Source of the DNA: an uncultured Lentisphaeria bacterium
GTDB taxonomy: Bacteria > Fidelibacterota > UBA8477 > JABMPR01
Direction of reading: 5' to 3'
NCBI GenBank assembly: GCA_964454335.1
Contig: CAYVVT010000014.1
Span: forward strand, 8,858-72,857
Length of the DNA: 64,000 bases
This document shows positions 50,941 to 61,077 of this stretch, piece by piece. The notes below the pieces were generated by a model. The model did no database searches. It was not told where the DNA came from and saw only the letters and a list, made by a program, of their open reading frames with translations. Each line of letters opens with the position of its first letter. The first letter of the stretch is position 1. A program made the translations under genes and the position numbers.

Positions 50941-52953
50941 CTACCTGATAATGGCGAATTTCCCAACGAAACTCTCCCCCTTTGATCCCTCGGCATGAGA
51001 TTCAACATGATAAACGTAGAACCCGGGGCTGATATACAGGTACCACTTATTCGTTTGATAATCGGCGTTCAGAATACTACCCCAGGATTCTGATCCACTG
51101 CCATCATCGTGCTCAATGGTCTGAACAAGGTCACCGGCGATGGTGTAGATCCTGATCGTACAAACTGATGGAACCCCTATGAATTCCATACGCAGGTCTT
51201 CATTGGAGCCGGTCAGACCGCTATGTTGGCGGAAGGGATTCGGGACAACATGAACACGTTCCCTTGGAAACTCCGTATTCGGTGATCGTATAGGGTATTC
51301 CGGATAGCGGTTTTCATTGACCAGTCCACTTTCATTACCATCGCTATCGTAACTGGTCACTCCGTAGTACAATCCTACACCGAATGGTTGCCCAGTATCC
51401 TGGTAAACAGCGTTTTCATCCTCAATGGTCAATTCATCAAGTGCAATATCACCGATTAACTCCCAGGGGCCGGTGGCAAAATAGGATGATCGATAAATTC
51501 TGTAGCCGGCCAGATCGTTGATCCCTAGATCAGGATCGGTATATGTATCAGGAATTGGCGGCCAGGCGATCTCCATGCCCCCGACTATGGGAGTAAGGAT
51601 CAGGGTATTCTCTTTATTGGTTGGTGTTGGAGGTGGGTCGACGGTCTCGTAGCCGTTGGCATATAGCTCACGAGCAGCTGCAACGTTTGCAAACAGTGAA
51701 TCGCGTGAGGCGGTTGCCAGGAGATTAACATTGTCCACGCCACCTTCCACGATGTTCGCACGATCCATCTCGCCAAGTACTTCAGCAAAGACCACTGTTT
51801 CCGACTCACCAGCAGCGATGCTTAGAGGTCCTACCGAGACGATGTACTCTGGATTCCGCTCATATTTGTTGCCACCTTCACCACCTGCCGCTCTGGCCTC
51901 ATCCCACGACATACGCGGTTGTTGATGGGTCATGGCCGTCTTGTATTCCTCTGGCTGACTTGTAGTTAGATATACAAATCTATCCTCGGCCGGCTCCTCC
52001 CAGGGAGAGGTACCCTGCCCCTGATTTGTGATGATGTTCATATAAACGTTGGCATCTGCCGAATCCAATACCATCAACGCATAGTATGCGGGTGCAAGCA
52101 GTTCATGGTTCTGGGCTCCCGACTCATACAGATCATTCGGATCACCAATATCCCCTGTTACAGGCCCCGGGCCATAGTTGAAGGTTACTTCAACTTCATC
52201 TTCCCAGCTGAAACTGCGATCATCATAGAAATAGAAAATGTTATGCTCGTCACTCCAGTCGTATTTATCGTCATTATCTTCACCAGGCCCTTGATAAATA
52301 CCTCTCATCGTATTCATGATACCGCGTCTTAAACCGAAATAAACCTCGGTCAAGGGAGTAGAGCCTGTATTTGTAATAGTGAACTCGTGGATGACGAAAT
52401 CATCATATTGGGGATAACTCCACACCATGGCCTTCTCTGCAACATCAACGTCCAAAGAAACAACGTGGTGAGCTCCCTCAACAATTTCCTCAGCTAACAA
52501 GCTGGGATCTTCCATGTTATAATTCTTCGTAAGAGAAGTGGTCACTGTCGGATACACATACTGCTGGGCGGTTGCGAACCTGCTAGTGATTGTATACGCT
52601 TCGGCGTTGCCCTCCCGTTCGCCATAGATAGCATATCCACCGGTATCGAGGTAGGATGGTTTATCACTGTTATCTACACCGGATGAGTGACCGGGATAAT
52701 CGAGTGTATAGAAAGGCCAGGGAATGTCAACCGGCCCAAGTGTACCCGCGTTGTTGATCGTCACCCATACTTTAGCTCTGGTCATACTCTTTTTTACCCA
52801 ATAGGCAGTCTGTCCGTAAAGACCCGACCCCATTCCGAAAAGCACAAGTCCGACTACGAACGTTTTAAGCAATCCAAGTCGCTGCATGCGGCTGGTATTC
52901 CGTAAACTCATATTCTTCCTCATAATTTTATAAAAGCTGACTTTGGTTGACAT
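50941..52953 (-). CDS. Large secreted hypothetical protein with T9SS/FlgD-Ig-like C-terminal domain
   Basis: An N-terminal hydrophobic signal region is present (LLKTFVVGLVLFGMGSGLYG). The C-terminus (VVPNPFRQ...CTIRIYTIAGDLVQTI...GFYVYHVE...GKFAIIR) resembles a T9SS sorting domain. The start codon is uncertain because there are several in-frame Met codons. Confidence 0.5.
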   Translation of the reverse strand: MSTKVSFYKIMRKNMSLRNTSRMQRLGLLKTFVVGLVLFGMGSGLYGQTAYWVKKSMTRAKVWVTINNAGTLGPVDIPWPFYTLDYPGHSSGVDNSDKPSYLDTGGYAIYGEREGNAEAYTITSRFATAQQYVYPTVTTSLTKNYNMEDPSLLAEEIVEGAHHVVSLDVDVAEKAMVWSYPQYDDFVIHEFTITNTGSTPLTEVYFGLRRGIMNTMRGIYQGPGEDNDDKYDWSDEHNIFYFYDDRSFSWEDEVEVTFNYGPGPVTGDIGDPNDLYESGAQNHELLAPAYYALMVLDSADANVYMNIITNQGQGTSPWEEPAEDRFVYLTTSQPEEYKTAMTHQQPRMSWDEARAAGGEGGNKYERNPEYIVSVGPLSIAAGESETVVFAEVLGEMDRANIVEGGVDNVNLLATASRDSLFANVAAARELYANGYETVDPPPTPTNKENTLILTPIVGGMEIAWPPIPDTYTDPDLGINDLAGYRIYRSSYFATGPWELIGDIALDELTIEDENAVYQDTGQPFGVGLYYGVTSYDSDGNESGLVNENRYPEYPIRSPNTEFPRERVHVVPNPFRQHSGLTGSNEDLRMEFIGVPSVCTIRIYTIAGDLVQTIEHDDGSGSESWGSILNADYQTNKWYLYISPGFYVYHVESHAEGSKGESFVGKFAIIR

Positions 52954-52983
52954 TTTTACTAATCCCTGGTTGGATCATTCATT

Positions 52984-55983
52984 CTAGATGTCAATCCTAA
53001 GTTGGAAGAAAAATTGTCGCGGTGGATTTGACCAATTACTATAAGAATTCCAGATATCAGGTTCACCAGAATACCAATGCTTTGGTAATCTGGCCTCTTC
53101 CAGGGTTAGACCTTCTTCAATATCCTGTTCCGATAGCTCAGTCGTTTCATGCCAGCGTACCAGATCATCATAACTCCAAGGGATATACAGATCCCTGTTG
53201 TTAAACAGATTCCTGACTTCTACGCTGAATTCGGTCTTTGCACCGAAGAAATTAAAACCTTTGGAAACTTTCAGATTAGTACTGTAATGAGGCATCCACC
53301 GGCGGTTATTCGGAGTTGTGGTTGTATCACCTGGTGGGTGGTAGGTGTACTCTTCACCATTTCTATGTTCGAAGTATAGATTCGTGTGGAAATTTTCGAG
53401 AGGATGAATACCGGCAATTGAAGGGCCCCAATCCTCGTAGAAATCAAGGTTGACCATCGCCTTCACCGAGTGATTGTCAACCCAATCCCGCCTCAACAGG
53501 CCATATCCTTTACGTTCCCCCGGCGATCCATCTTCCCACAATTCCTGGAACCCAAGAGCCCCGAAATTGGAATACGTTATGTCATATGCGATGTGAAAAT
53601 TCAACGGAAAATTAAAATTCGACGAAAGCGATGTCTCTATACCTCGCATATCGGCATATCCATTATTAACCGCCATCAGACCTTGGTCAGATTGATCTAC
53701 TAATGAATAAAGGTAAGTCCCTGGCGATATATCGTATCCACCTGCCTCTGTCTGTCGACTCGCATCTTTGTAGAATGCCGTTATGTCCAGACGGAAGGTA
53801 TTGGCGATGTTCTGGTCAAACCCGATCTCATACTGGATCGTCTTGGCATATCCCAGCAATGGATTGCCCTGATACCCCTGCCATTCGGACATCCATACTG
53901 GTTGACCACCCCAGGGATCATCGTCAGCAACATGCACAGTATCGCCATTCTCATCTACGAAATCGCCATGGTGAAAAAATGGGAATCCAAACATTTTATG
54001 CCATGAGGGACGTTGGTAAAAATGACCATACATGAAATGCAGTACGGTATTCTCACTGATTGGGTGCGAAAACCCCAATCGTGGGCCAATGGCATATTGC
54101 ACTTCCGTTGGCTTCGTTTCTGGAACGCCCGGTATACCAGGAGTTATGTTACCAGGTGTTGTTTCCTGTGCAGCCAGTGGGTCGAACATATTCGTGGCGG
54201 CTTCGCGGTTCTGGTGATAAAAGTTCAATCTCAGGCCTGCATTGATTACAAGACCCTCGAACTCAACTTTGTCCTGCACATATGCTGCGCCCTCGTAGGG
54301 TGTGCCTTCATAGACATTTCCCAGCCACCAATGATCACCACCCTCGATTGCGGACATCATATGATGATAATCCATGTCATATGACTTGAACTCGAAGCCT
54401 GCTTTGACCATGTTATTATTATTGACCTGGCTTGTGTAACTGGCACCGAGATTCAATACGGTACTGCTAAACTCATCAGTATAGTGTTTAGGGGAAATCA
54501 CATTGCCTTCCTCGTCGTATAGATCTACCGCGAAATAACGCAGCAACGGATCAGAATGCCAGGATCCCCAGTGATCGTCTGAAACATATCCCCATCGGTC
54601 AGTCCTATCCATCTTGTCCAGAAGCAGGTTGCCCCATACCTCATAGAATGATCTATTACTGAAAGCGTGTGTCAATTTCAGTGTGTGACTCCGAACCGTC
54701 CGGAGTTCAGGCCAACCTCCCCACGGATTTGATATCGGTGCATATTTTATATCGACATAAGGATCCGTGAGGTATGGCAGTTCCATCCATTCCATCTCTC
54801 TGGAATTTTCAAGTGAATTAAAGTTTGACTCAGATGCACCTGAGGTCTCATACCCGCCGAACAGTCCTGAGTAGTTGAATTTGATCCGGTCAGATAGTTT
54901 ATAGTCCAGGTTCAACTGAATATTATGCTCCGGATTATAGGCAAATTGCTGGGGGAAGATGTTGACACCCCGTTTATAGCGTCCCGAGATCAGGAATCCC
55001 AACTTATCAGTTAGCGAGCCATATATGGTCGCCTCCGTTTCATATTCGGCACGCTCAGCGTAATCTCCCTGAGCCGGATCGGGTGTGGTGATCTCCTGCC
55101 AAACGGCGAGCAATGAATCAGGATCCTTGCCTCTGAGTCTACTTGGGCCGGATTCAGACTGCTCTGTCCAGAAGTCGAGATCATGGTTGGTTATGTCCCA
55201 ATTTTCCTGGCTATAAAAATTGCGGCCCCAATGATACTTCCCTGCCGGCCGCATACGGGTAATAATGGTTGCATGGATCCCCGGGAGAGATTCTTTAGTA
55301 ATCACATTCACAATACCTGATTGGGCGCTACCGTATTCGGCGTTGTATCCACCCGTGAGCACAACGACCTCTTCGATCGTGGTCGTGTTGATGCCGGTAT
55401 AGTTATCGGAAAGAAGACCGCTATTGAGACTTATGTTGTTGAGCATATACACATTCTCAATGTGTGTACCACCTCTATAGTGGCCATCAGAAACTCCCGA
55501 TTGCGTTTCCATGATTTCTGGTAGTGATCTTGCCCAACTTTGGTCCAGCTCCTCGGATGTTACAACCTGCATACTGCCGGTAAGATCCTTATCCACCATG
55601 GGCCGTTCTGCCGTGATCGTAACCACAGACCCCTCAATAACTGTTGAGTTCATGGCAAAATCTACTTCTGTCGTTCGGTCAACGATTACCCTGACATTCG
55701 AGCTATTGATACCTTCATACCCGATGAATGAAGCTTGAACAGTATACGTACCAGGCGGCACATTGATTATGAAGTAGCTGCCATCTTGATCGGAAATTGC
55801 ACCAAGCTGAGTACCGTCAACAATAATGTTAGCGCCAGGTAATGCATTACCGGTCTCATTATCCGTAACGCGGCCCGCAATTTTACCGGTTGTACCAGCC
55901 CACAAACTGCTTGCTGCGAGTATGGTGGCTACCAGAATGGCAAATAAAGTATTGCCCTGCGATGATGATTTACGGAATTGCAT
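52984..55983 (-). CDS. TonB-dependent receptor with N-terminal carboxypeptidase-regulatory-like domain (SusC-like, no adjacent SusD)
   Basis: GKIAGRVTDNETGNALPGANIIVDGTQLGAISDQDGSYFIINVPPGTYTVQASFIGYE is a CarboxypepD_reg domain. A plug region and a ~800-aa barrel follow. The start is taken as ATG 55983, preceded by GAGGGAGCAGGAAAG. Confidence 0.85.
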   Translation of the reverse strand: MQFRKSSSQGNTLFAILVATILAASSLWAGTTGKIAGRVTDNETGNALPGANIIVDGTQLGAISDQDGSYFIINVPPGTYTVQASFIGYEGINSSNVRVIVDRTTEVDFAMNSTVIEGSVVTITAERPMVDKDLTGSMQVVTSEELDQSWARSLPEIMETQSGVSDGHYRGGTHIENVYMLNNISLNSGLLSDNYTGINTTTIEEVVVLTGGYNAEYGSAQSGIVNVITKESLPGIHATIITRMRPAGKYHWGRNFYSQENWDITNHDLDFWTEQSESGPSRLRGKDPDSLLAVWQEITTPDPAQGDYAERAEYETEATIYGSLTDKLGFLISGRYKRGVNIFPQQFAYNPEHNIQLNLDYKLSDRIKFNYSGLFGGYETSGASESNFNSLENSREMEWMELPYLTDPYVDIKYAPISNPWGGWPELRTVRSHTLKLTHAFSNRSFYEVWGNLLLDKMDRTDRWGYVSDDHWGSWHSDPLLRYFAVDLYDEEGNVISPKHYTDEFSSTVLNLGASYTSQVNNNNMVKAGFEFKSYDMDYHHMMSAIEGGDHWWLGNVYEGTPYEGAAYVQDKVEFEGLVINAGLRLNFYHQNREAATNMFDPLAAQETTPGNITPGIPGVPETKPTEVQYAIGPRLGFSHPISENTVLHFMYGHFYQRPSWHKMFGFPFFHHGDFVDENGDTVHVADDDPWGGQPVWMSEWQGYQGNPLLGYAKTIQYEIGFDQNIANTFRLDITAFYKDASRQTEAGGYDISPGTYLYSLVDQSDQGLMAVNNGYADMRGIETSLSSNFNFPLNFHIAYDITYSNFGALGFQELWEDGSPGERKGYGLLRRDWVDNHSVKAMVNLDFYEDWGPSIAGIHPLENFHTNLYFEHRNGEEYTYHPPGDTTTTPNNRRWMPHYSTNLKVSKGFNFFGAKTEFSVEVRNLFNNRDLYIPWSYDDLVRWHETTELSEQDIEEGLTLEEARLPKHWYSGEPDIWNSYSNWSNPPRQFFFQLRIDI

Positions 55984-56102
55984 CTTTCCTGCTCCCTCAT
56001 GGATATTCATGGATCATTTCACCAGCTATCCTGATGAAGTTATAGTTAACACAGCACATTATACCGGGTATCACCAGTATACTGCTAAATGAGATTTCGA
56101 GG

Positions 56103-56136
56103 AAAAAGCCTCCTGCGACAATTCAACACAGGAGGC
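56103..56136 (-). terminator. Rho-independent terminator after the CBM/T9SS-cargo gene
   Basis: The minus strand has a perfect 8-bp GC-rich stem GCCTCCTG-(13 nt)-CAGGAGGC followed directly by TTTTTCC. Confidence 0.65.
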
Positions 56137-56221
56137 TTTAATCAATCAGCATTACGCACATAGGATACAATTTTGCAGACAACACGATTTCGTGTTTTGA
56201 CTGAGCGCTCGTAAATCCGAC

Positions 56222-57064
56222 TTATTTCAGGAGCAGCATCTTCTTGGTAAGGGAAGTACCCCCTGCTGTCAGCCTGTAGAAATACAAACCTGTTGTAGCT
56301 TCATTGCCTGCATCATCACGGCCATTCCAGGTCACGGTATATACTCCGGAACTCATATTTTCATTCCTCAGAGTGCGAACCTTGTGACCTGCCAGATCAT
56401 ACACTGCCATTTCAACTGCACCTGCTGCTGGCAGAACGAATTCCATGGTCGTGGTAGGATTGAATGGATTAGGGTAGTTTTGACCAAGAGCATACTCTGC
56501 TGGCATGGCATCAGTAGCTTCTTCAACAGAAACTGTTGATTCCATGAGAGATATGTCGTCAACTCTGAACACTACACCCTCAGCCGCCGCCTCGGAACCA
56601 AGCCAGAACCAGTACTCACCTTCTGCAGCAAAAGATGTAAATGTGAGGGTCAGCTCTACCCACTCTTCACTATTTGCGTTCCAGTCCCACAGCTCAAAGC
56701 CATCATCAGCAATCTCATCCCAAAGGCCTAAAGTACCAGAATTTTCAATATCACCACCTTGTACCCATACTGATAGGATGTATTCTGTCTCAGGTATCAG
56801 GTAGATGGGACCCTGGCCAATACCCGTCCATTCATTGTTCCCAGTGATGGCTACGCAATTTGCACCTGTACGGGCGGTACCGGCATCAAGTTCAACAGTG
56901 ATAATAAGGCCGTCACCATCCTCATACCACATCTCGCCATCCAGAGTTTCAGCTGTCTGGAGCTCGAAACTGGGATCCATCATCATTTCTTCCTGTGCAT
57001 TCAATGCAGCAGGAATAAGCAACAGGACCGAAGTAATCGTCATTGCTAATAACCGTTGTAGCAT
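56222..57064 (-). CDS. Secreted carbohydrate-binding-module-like protein with T9SS C-terminal sorting domain
   Basis: The start is taken as ATG 57064, after AGGGAGGGAAAC, and a signal peptide follows. A CBM4/9/22-like region is DPSFELQ...ARTGANCVAITGNNEWTGIGQG...YILSVWVQG. The CTD is GQNYPNPFNPTTTMEFVL...GVYTVTWNGRDDAGN...GLYFYRL. Confidence 0.6.
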   Translation of the reverse strand: MLQRLLAMTITSVLLLIPAALNAQEEMMMDPSFELQTAETLDGEMWYEDGDGLIITVELDAGTARTGANCVAITGNNEWTGIGQGPIYLIPETEYILSVWVQGGDIENSGTLGLWDEIADDGFELWDWNANSEEWVELTLTFTSFAAEGEYWFWLGSEAAAEGVVFRVDDISLMESTVSVEEATDAMPAEYALGQNYPNPFNPTTTMEFVLPAAGAVEMAVYDLAGHKVRTLRNENMSSGVYTVTWNGRDDAGNEATTGLYFYRLTAGGTSLTKKMLLLK

Positions 57065-57226
57065 GTTTCCCTCCCTGTTCATTTTACTTCCATTCTATCA
57101 AAAGTCTTCTCGACTTTTTTGGGGCGGTTTATGGTGCGATCTAGAAGTTTCGTACCCCGATTCGCACCACCTACTTGTCTTATACATTCAGCACCAAAAA
57201 CCTACAGTAACTTTGCATCTTTGTTT

Positions 57227-58276
57227 TCACGCTGATTCATGCACTTCAATTGATTTAGGCACTCGAAGCGTTTTAACAGATTTCCGGTGTATCAATTTCG
57301 TTGGTAACACAACACCCTCCGATCGAGTTGGGGTGTCCTGATTTATTTTTGCCATCAATAGCTTTAGGATAATCTGCCCCATCTCATTGGTTTGTTGTGC
57401 CACAACCGTCATGGGGGTTGCCAGATACTCGGAATAGGGCTGGTCATCGAAAGAGATCATGGATATATCTTCGGGTATATTGAGCCCCTCCTCAAAGGTT
57501 GCACGCATTGCGCCCAAAGAGATGAGGTTGCTACATAGAAAGAAAGCTGTGGGACGAGTATTTCGACTAAGCAAAAGTTTCGCGTTTACATAACCATTGG
57601 CTTCCCCGAAACTATCACCCACAACAGTCTGGTCCGCTCCCGGGATGTTATACTGATCTAAGGCATCCCGATAACCTTTGACTCGATCATCACTCACTGT
57701 CGTACCTGGTCGTCCCTGAATACAGGCAATATTCGTATGATTTTGCTCAAGTAGGTGAGTTGTGGCTTCATATGCACCGCGATAATTATCAGAAATGACA
57801 AAAGGACATTTCAATTCTTTCGAATATCGGTCAGCAATAACCACAGGCGTTCCAGACTCAACCAGGGTAACTAAATGCTTCGAATCCTTACCAGCCGGGA
57901 AAATGATAAACCCATCCACTTTCCTGCTTTGGAGTAGTCTAATCGCCTCAATTTCTAATTGTGTTGTCTCTTGTGTGTCCGATAGGATTATGGCATACCC
58001 ACCCCTGCGTGCTTCTCGCTCGATACTTCTTGCCACAGTAGAGAAAAACGGATTGGAAATATCAGGTATTATGAGCCCAATCGTATCGGACTTTCTCATG
58101 CGCAAACCCTTAGCCACCTGATCAGGGATGTACCCTAATTCACTAGCGGTCTGACGTATCAATTTTTCAGTTGCAGGGCTGATACGATATTTTCGACTTT
58201 GCCCACTAAGAACTCGAGAAACTGTCGTGGTTGAAACACCAAGTTGCTTTGCGATACTTTGGAGAGTGATCTTCAT
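57227..58276 (-). CDS. LacI-family transcriptional regulator
   Basis: The HTH is MKITLQSIAKQLGVSTTTVSRVLSG. A periplasmic-binding-protein-like sugar-binding core follows. Confidence 0.9.
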   Translation of the reverse strand: MKITLQSIAKQLGVSTTTVSRVLSGQSRKYRISPATEKLIRQTASELGYIPDQVAKGLRMRKSDTIGLIIPDISNPFFSTVARSIEREARRGGYAIILSDTQETTQLEIEAIRLLQSRKVDGFIIFPAGKDSKHLVTLVESGTPVVIADRYSKELKCPFVISDNYRGAYEATTHLLEQNHTNIACIQGRPGTTVSDDRVKGYRDALDQYNIPGADQTVVGDSFGEANGYVNAKLLLSRNTRPTAFFLCSNLISLGAMRATFEEGLNIPEDISMISFDDQPYSEYLATPMTVVAQQTNEMGQIILKLLMAKINQDTPTRSEGVVLPTKLIHRKSVKTLRVPKSIEVHESA

Positions 58277-58721
58277 AAATTCCGAACTAGGTGAATGTAT
58301 CGGTTCTGAACAATCGTTTGTGCAACGAATATTGTACAGCTTTTTTGCTTAGTCAATAGTAATAGATGATACCTAGTATGAACTATATCAGGCTGATTCG
58401 GGGGGAGATCCAAACCATATCAAAGGGAGAATAATTCAGCTATGCGCAATTATTTGCGACTTATGTCTCTAATAATCAAGACATATTCACCACCGACTGA
58501 GGTACGATTGATTTCACCGGGAACTGTATGCAGGAAAAGGATTGTGGGTGGAATTGGTATGAACAGGATTATATGGTGAGTAGCGCTGTAATAGAAAAAA
58601 ATGCCTCTAATAACATGCACAAAGGATAAAATGTTGCGCAAATTGCGCTGTTTGCGCAACACTAAAAGACACCTTATCTGAAAAAGAAACCTCGAATCAT
58701 TTTCAAATTAAGTCATGGATT

Positions 58722-60752
58722 TCAGTTGTAGATCGACTTCATCTTCCATGCCGATATCTTGCTGATATGAACATCAGCATCTTTTGTGAATAGGCTGAAA
58801 TTTGGACTCTTACGGATGTAGTCATGCCTCCAGCAGGCCGCCTGACGATCATTGGCAAAAACTTCCACAAGGTCCTTATCAATAAATATGCGTAGCGTAA
58901 GATCCTCTCCATCCTCGAGTTCAAAGGGTGGTTCAATTGCACCAAAACTAAAGGTGTTTCGATCTGCACCAGCCCTAAGGGTCAATCCATTTTCGCCATT
59001 CTCATCGGCTAACATGCCTACACCAAACTCCTCAGACAGTGGTGTTGTGAATGTTATTGCCAGCTCAACAGCGTCACCTGTAATACCCTCCAGTTTGTAC
59101 TCAGTGCCACTGCTCACGGTAATGTCGCGCATGGTCACCTCATCATAGCGTAGTTTCTCGAGCTCCTTGAGTGGCTTGATGCGCAAAATGCCATCATCAG
59201 GAAGTTCCAGTTCGCGAGGTAATCCCTGAATTGCGGAGGGTGCTGCCCCATTGATGATCCAGGCCCACATCACCCGTCGGCCATCTTCGGCTATGATCGA
59301 TTCAGGGGCAAAATAGACAACATTTTCCCAGGTATTATCCTGGAAATTCATCATATGATGAGACTCGGGTAGATATTTTTCGTCCTTGAAGTCACCCAGA
59401 TAATAGCGGGCGCCAAGTTGGTGACTGATACACAACAGCATCCACTTATCACCGATTGGGAACATATTTGCGCACGATATGTCTTCACCCCTGTCGACAC
59501 CCAAATCAGCAGGATAGTCGTCATGGAGAAGTTCACCCATGTATTTCCAGTCTTTAAGATCTGCTGATGTCATGAGTTTCGGGTTTTTCCCACCAGTAAT
59601 AGAGTAGAACGTCTCCCCGTTTTTCCACAGGTCGGGATCCCAGTAACCAATACCCTTCATTAATTGCCCATCTTCATCCCTGGCCTGTACTGGCACCGGA
59701 TCTGACCATTCATCCAGATTGTCATCCGTGGCGTATGATATGAAGTTATTGTCGGCGCCTTCACCATGATAGATCATCGCGGGCTGGCCCTCATCAGTGA
59801 AAAATCCCGTACCGCTGAACATACCATGACCAGTGAGGGGCGGGATGAGAACAGTGGGGTGCCATTTCCAATGTACCATATCTGTACTCGAGACATGAGC
59901 ATAGGCGTATCCATACTGGTTGGCATATATATAGGTGAGATGATATCGCCCTTTATAGAACCAACCGGGATTTGGATCTCCTGGCATGCCTTCACCGGGA
60001 CCAGGGTGTGCCAAATGGTAGGTGAGCCAGTTATCAGGTGGATCTTGCGGCCACTCGGGTGTCTCAACAACATACTCCCGGGCAGTCGTCACACCACCTT
60101 CATTGTAAAGAACCAGTTTACCGTCCACCAACTTTACAACATATGGACTGCCGGTATTACTATATGTAAAGGTTCCGGTGCGGTCCATTATTTCGTCACC
60201 TTCAAAGTCCCACCAGGCGTATGGCTCACGACTCGAAGGCTCATTCGGCTTCAGTGCATTCAATTCATCAACTGTGAGGGCGTAACTGTAGATCCGTGCA
60301 TCCTCAAACCTGGCTGCAACAAAGTAGAAGTCACTCCAATCGCGCTTACCGAATGAAATAGAATTGGATTCATTGCTCAGCAGGTCGATGTTCTCCGCAG
60401 AGTGAGTTGTAACGAGTTCCCCGTTTATGTATAGCCGTATTTCCGGCCCCTCATATACCGCGGCAACTTGGGTCATGACCCCTGGTTGTGCCACCGGTGG
60501 TGGAGCTGAATCCTTTGCGTCGCTGGTCCGAAAATTATCCTCACTAATTACTCTCCACTTGAGTTTATCCTCACCAGATACCATGATACCGTCGTACTGC
60601 TTCTCATTCTGGATAGTGAACACAACACCACCCCACTTCTCCGGTTCATTGATTTCCACCCAGATGACAAGAGTTTTGTCGGTTGAAACGCTTGTAGCAC
60701 AGGCCATAAAGATCATAAATAATGCACATCCAGCGAAGAGTATCTTTTTCAT
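58722..60752 (-). CDS. GH32-family (fructan beta-fructosidase/levanase-like) lipoprotein with N-terminal LamG/ConA-like domain
   Basis: Lipobox: IFMACA. LamG-like region: IRLYINGELV...ARFEDARIYSYALTVDELNAL. GH32 N-terminal block: PGDPNPGWFYKGRYHLTYIY, compared with WMNDPNG..Y.G.YHLFYQ. RDP-like: GYWDPDLW. GH32 C-terminal sandwich: LRIFIDKDLVEVFANDRQA. The usual EC acid/base motif reads SCAN here. Confidence 0.7.
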   Translation of the reverse strand: MKKILFAGCALFMIFMACATSVSTDKTLVIWVEINEPEKWGGVVFTIQNEKQYDGIMVSGEDKLKWRVISEDNFRTSDAKDSAPPPVAQPGVMTQVAAVYEGPEIRLYINGELVTTHSAENIDLLSNESNSISFGKRDWSDFYFVAARFEDARIYSYALTVDELNALKPNEPSSREPYAWWDFEGDEIMDRTGTFTYSNTGSPYVVKLVDGKLVLYNEGGVTTAREYVVETPEWPQDPPDNWLTYHLAHPGPGEGMPGDPNPGWFYKGRYHLTYIYANQYGYAYAHVSSTDMVHWKWHPTVLIPPLTGHGMFSGTGFFTDEGQPAMIYHGEGADNNFISYATDDNLDEWSDPVPVQARDEDGQLMKGIGYWDPDLWKNGETFYSITGGKNPKLMTSADLKDWKYMGELLHDDYPADLGVDRGEDISCANMFPIGDKWMLLCISHQLGARYYLGDFKDEKYLPESHHMMNFQDNTWENVVYFAPESIIAEDGRRVMWAWIINGAAPSAIQGLPRELELPDDGILRIKPLKELEKLRYDEVTMRDITVSSGTEYKLEGITGDAVELAITFTTPLSEEFGVGMLADENGENGLTLRAGADRNTFSFGAIEPPFELEDGEDLTLRIFIDKDLVEVFANDRQAACWRHDYIRKSPNFSLFTKDADVHISKISAWKMKSIYN

Positions 60753-61077
60753 AGCATCCGCTCCGTGGGTTATGGAATGATTGATTGATCCAAATTATAG
60801 CGCATGTTACTCAAGCTGAGATCACTTTCAAATGATAATAAATGTCAGTGATCAGTAGCGATATCATAACACCGGTACATCTAGTGAATAATTGATTTTT
60901 GTTACGACGGGAGGACAGGGTCATTTACCCATTCCCCGCCACGGCTCATCAGCGAATTCAGGTGTCGCTATTCCATCCCACTATTTCAGCTCGACCCAGT
61001 GTTTCACAACACTTTCTCGGAATTACACCCAATACTCCTTAACTTCCTGATATCAATCGATACAGAAGGGACGTTCT

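Noticed and set aside
58450-58662. A 70-aa minus-strand ORF in the lacI upstream spacer.
   Set aside because: Its sequence is AT-rich-derived and dominated by hydrophobic and aromatic residues, with no RBS. It also overlaps the candidate operator palindromes. There is no support for coding.
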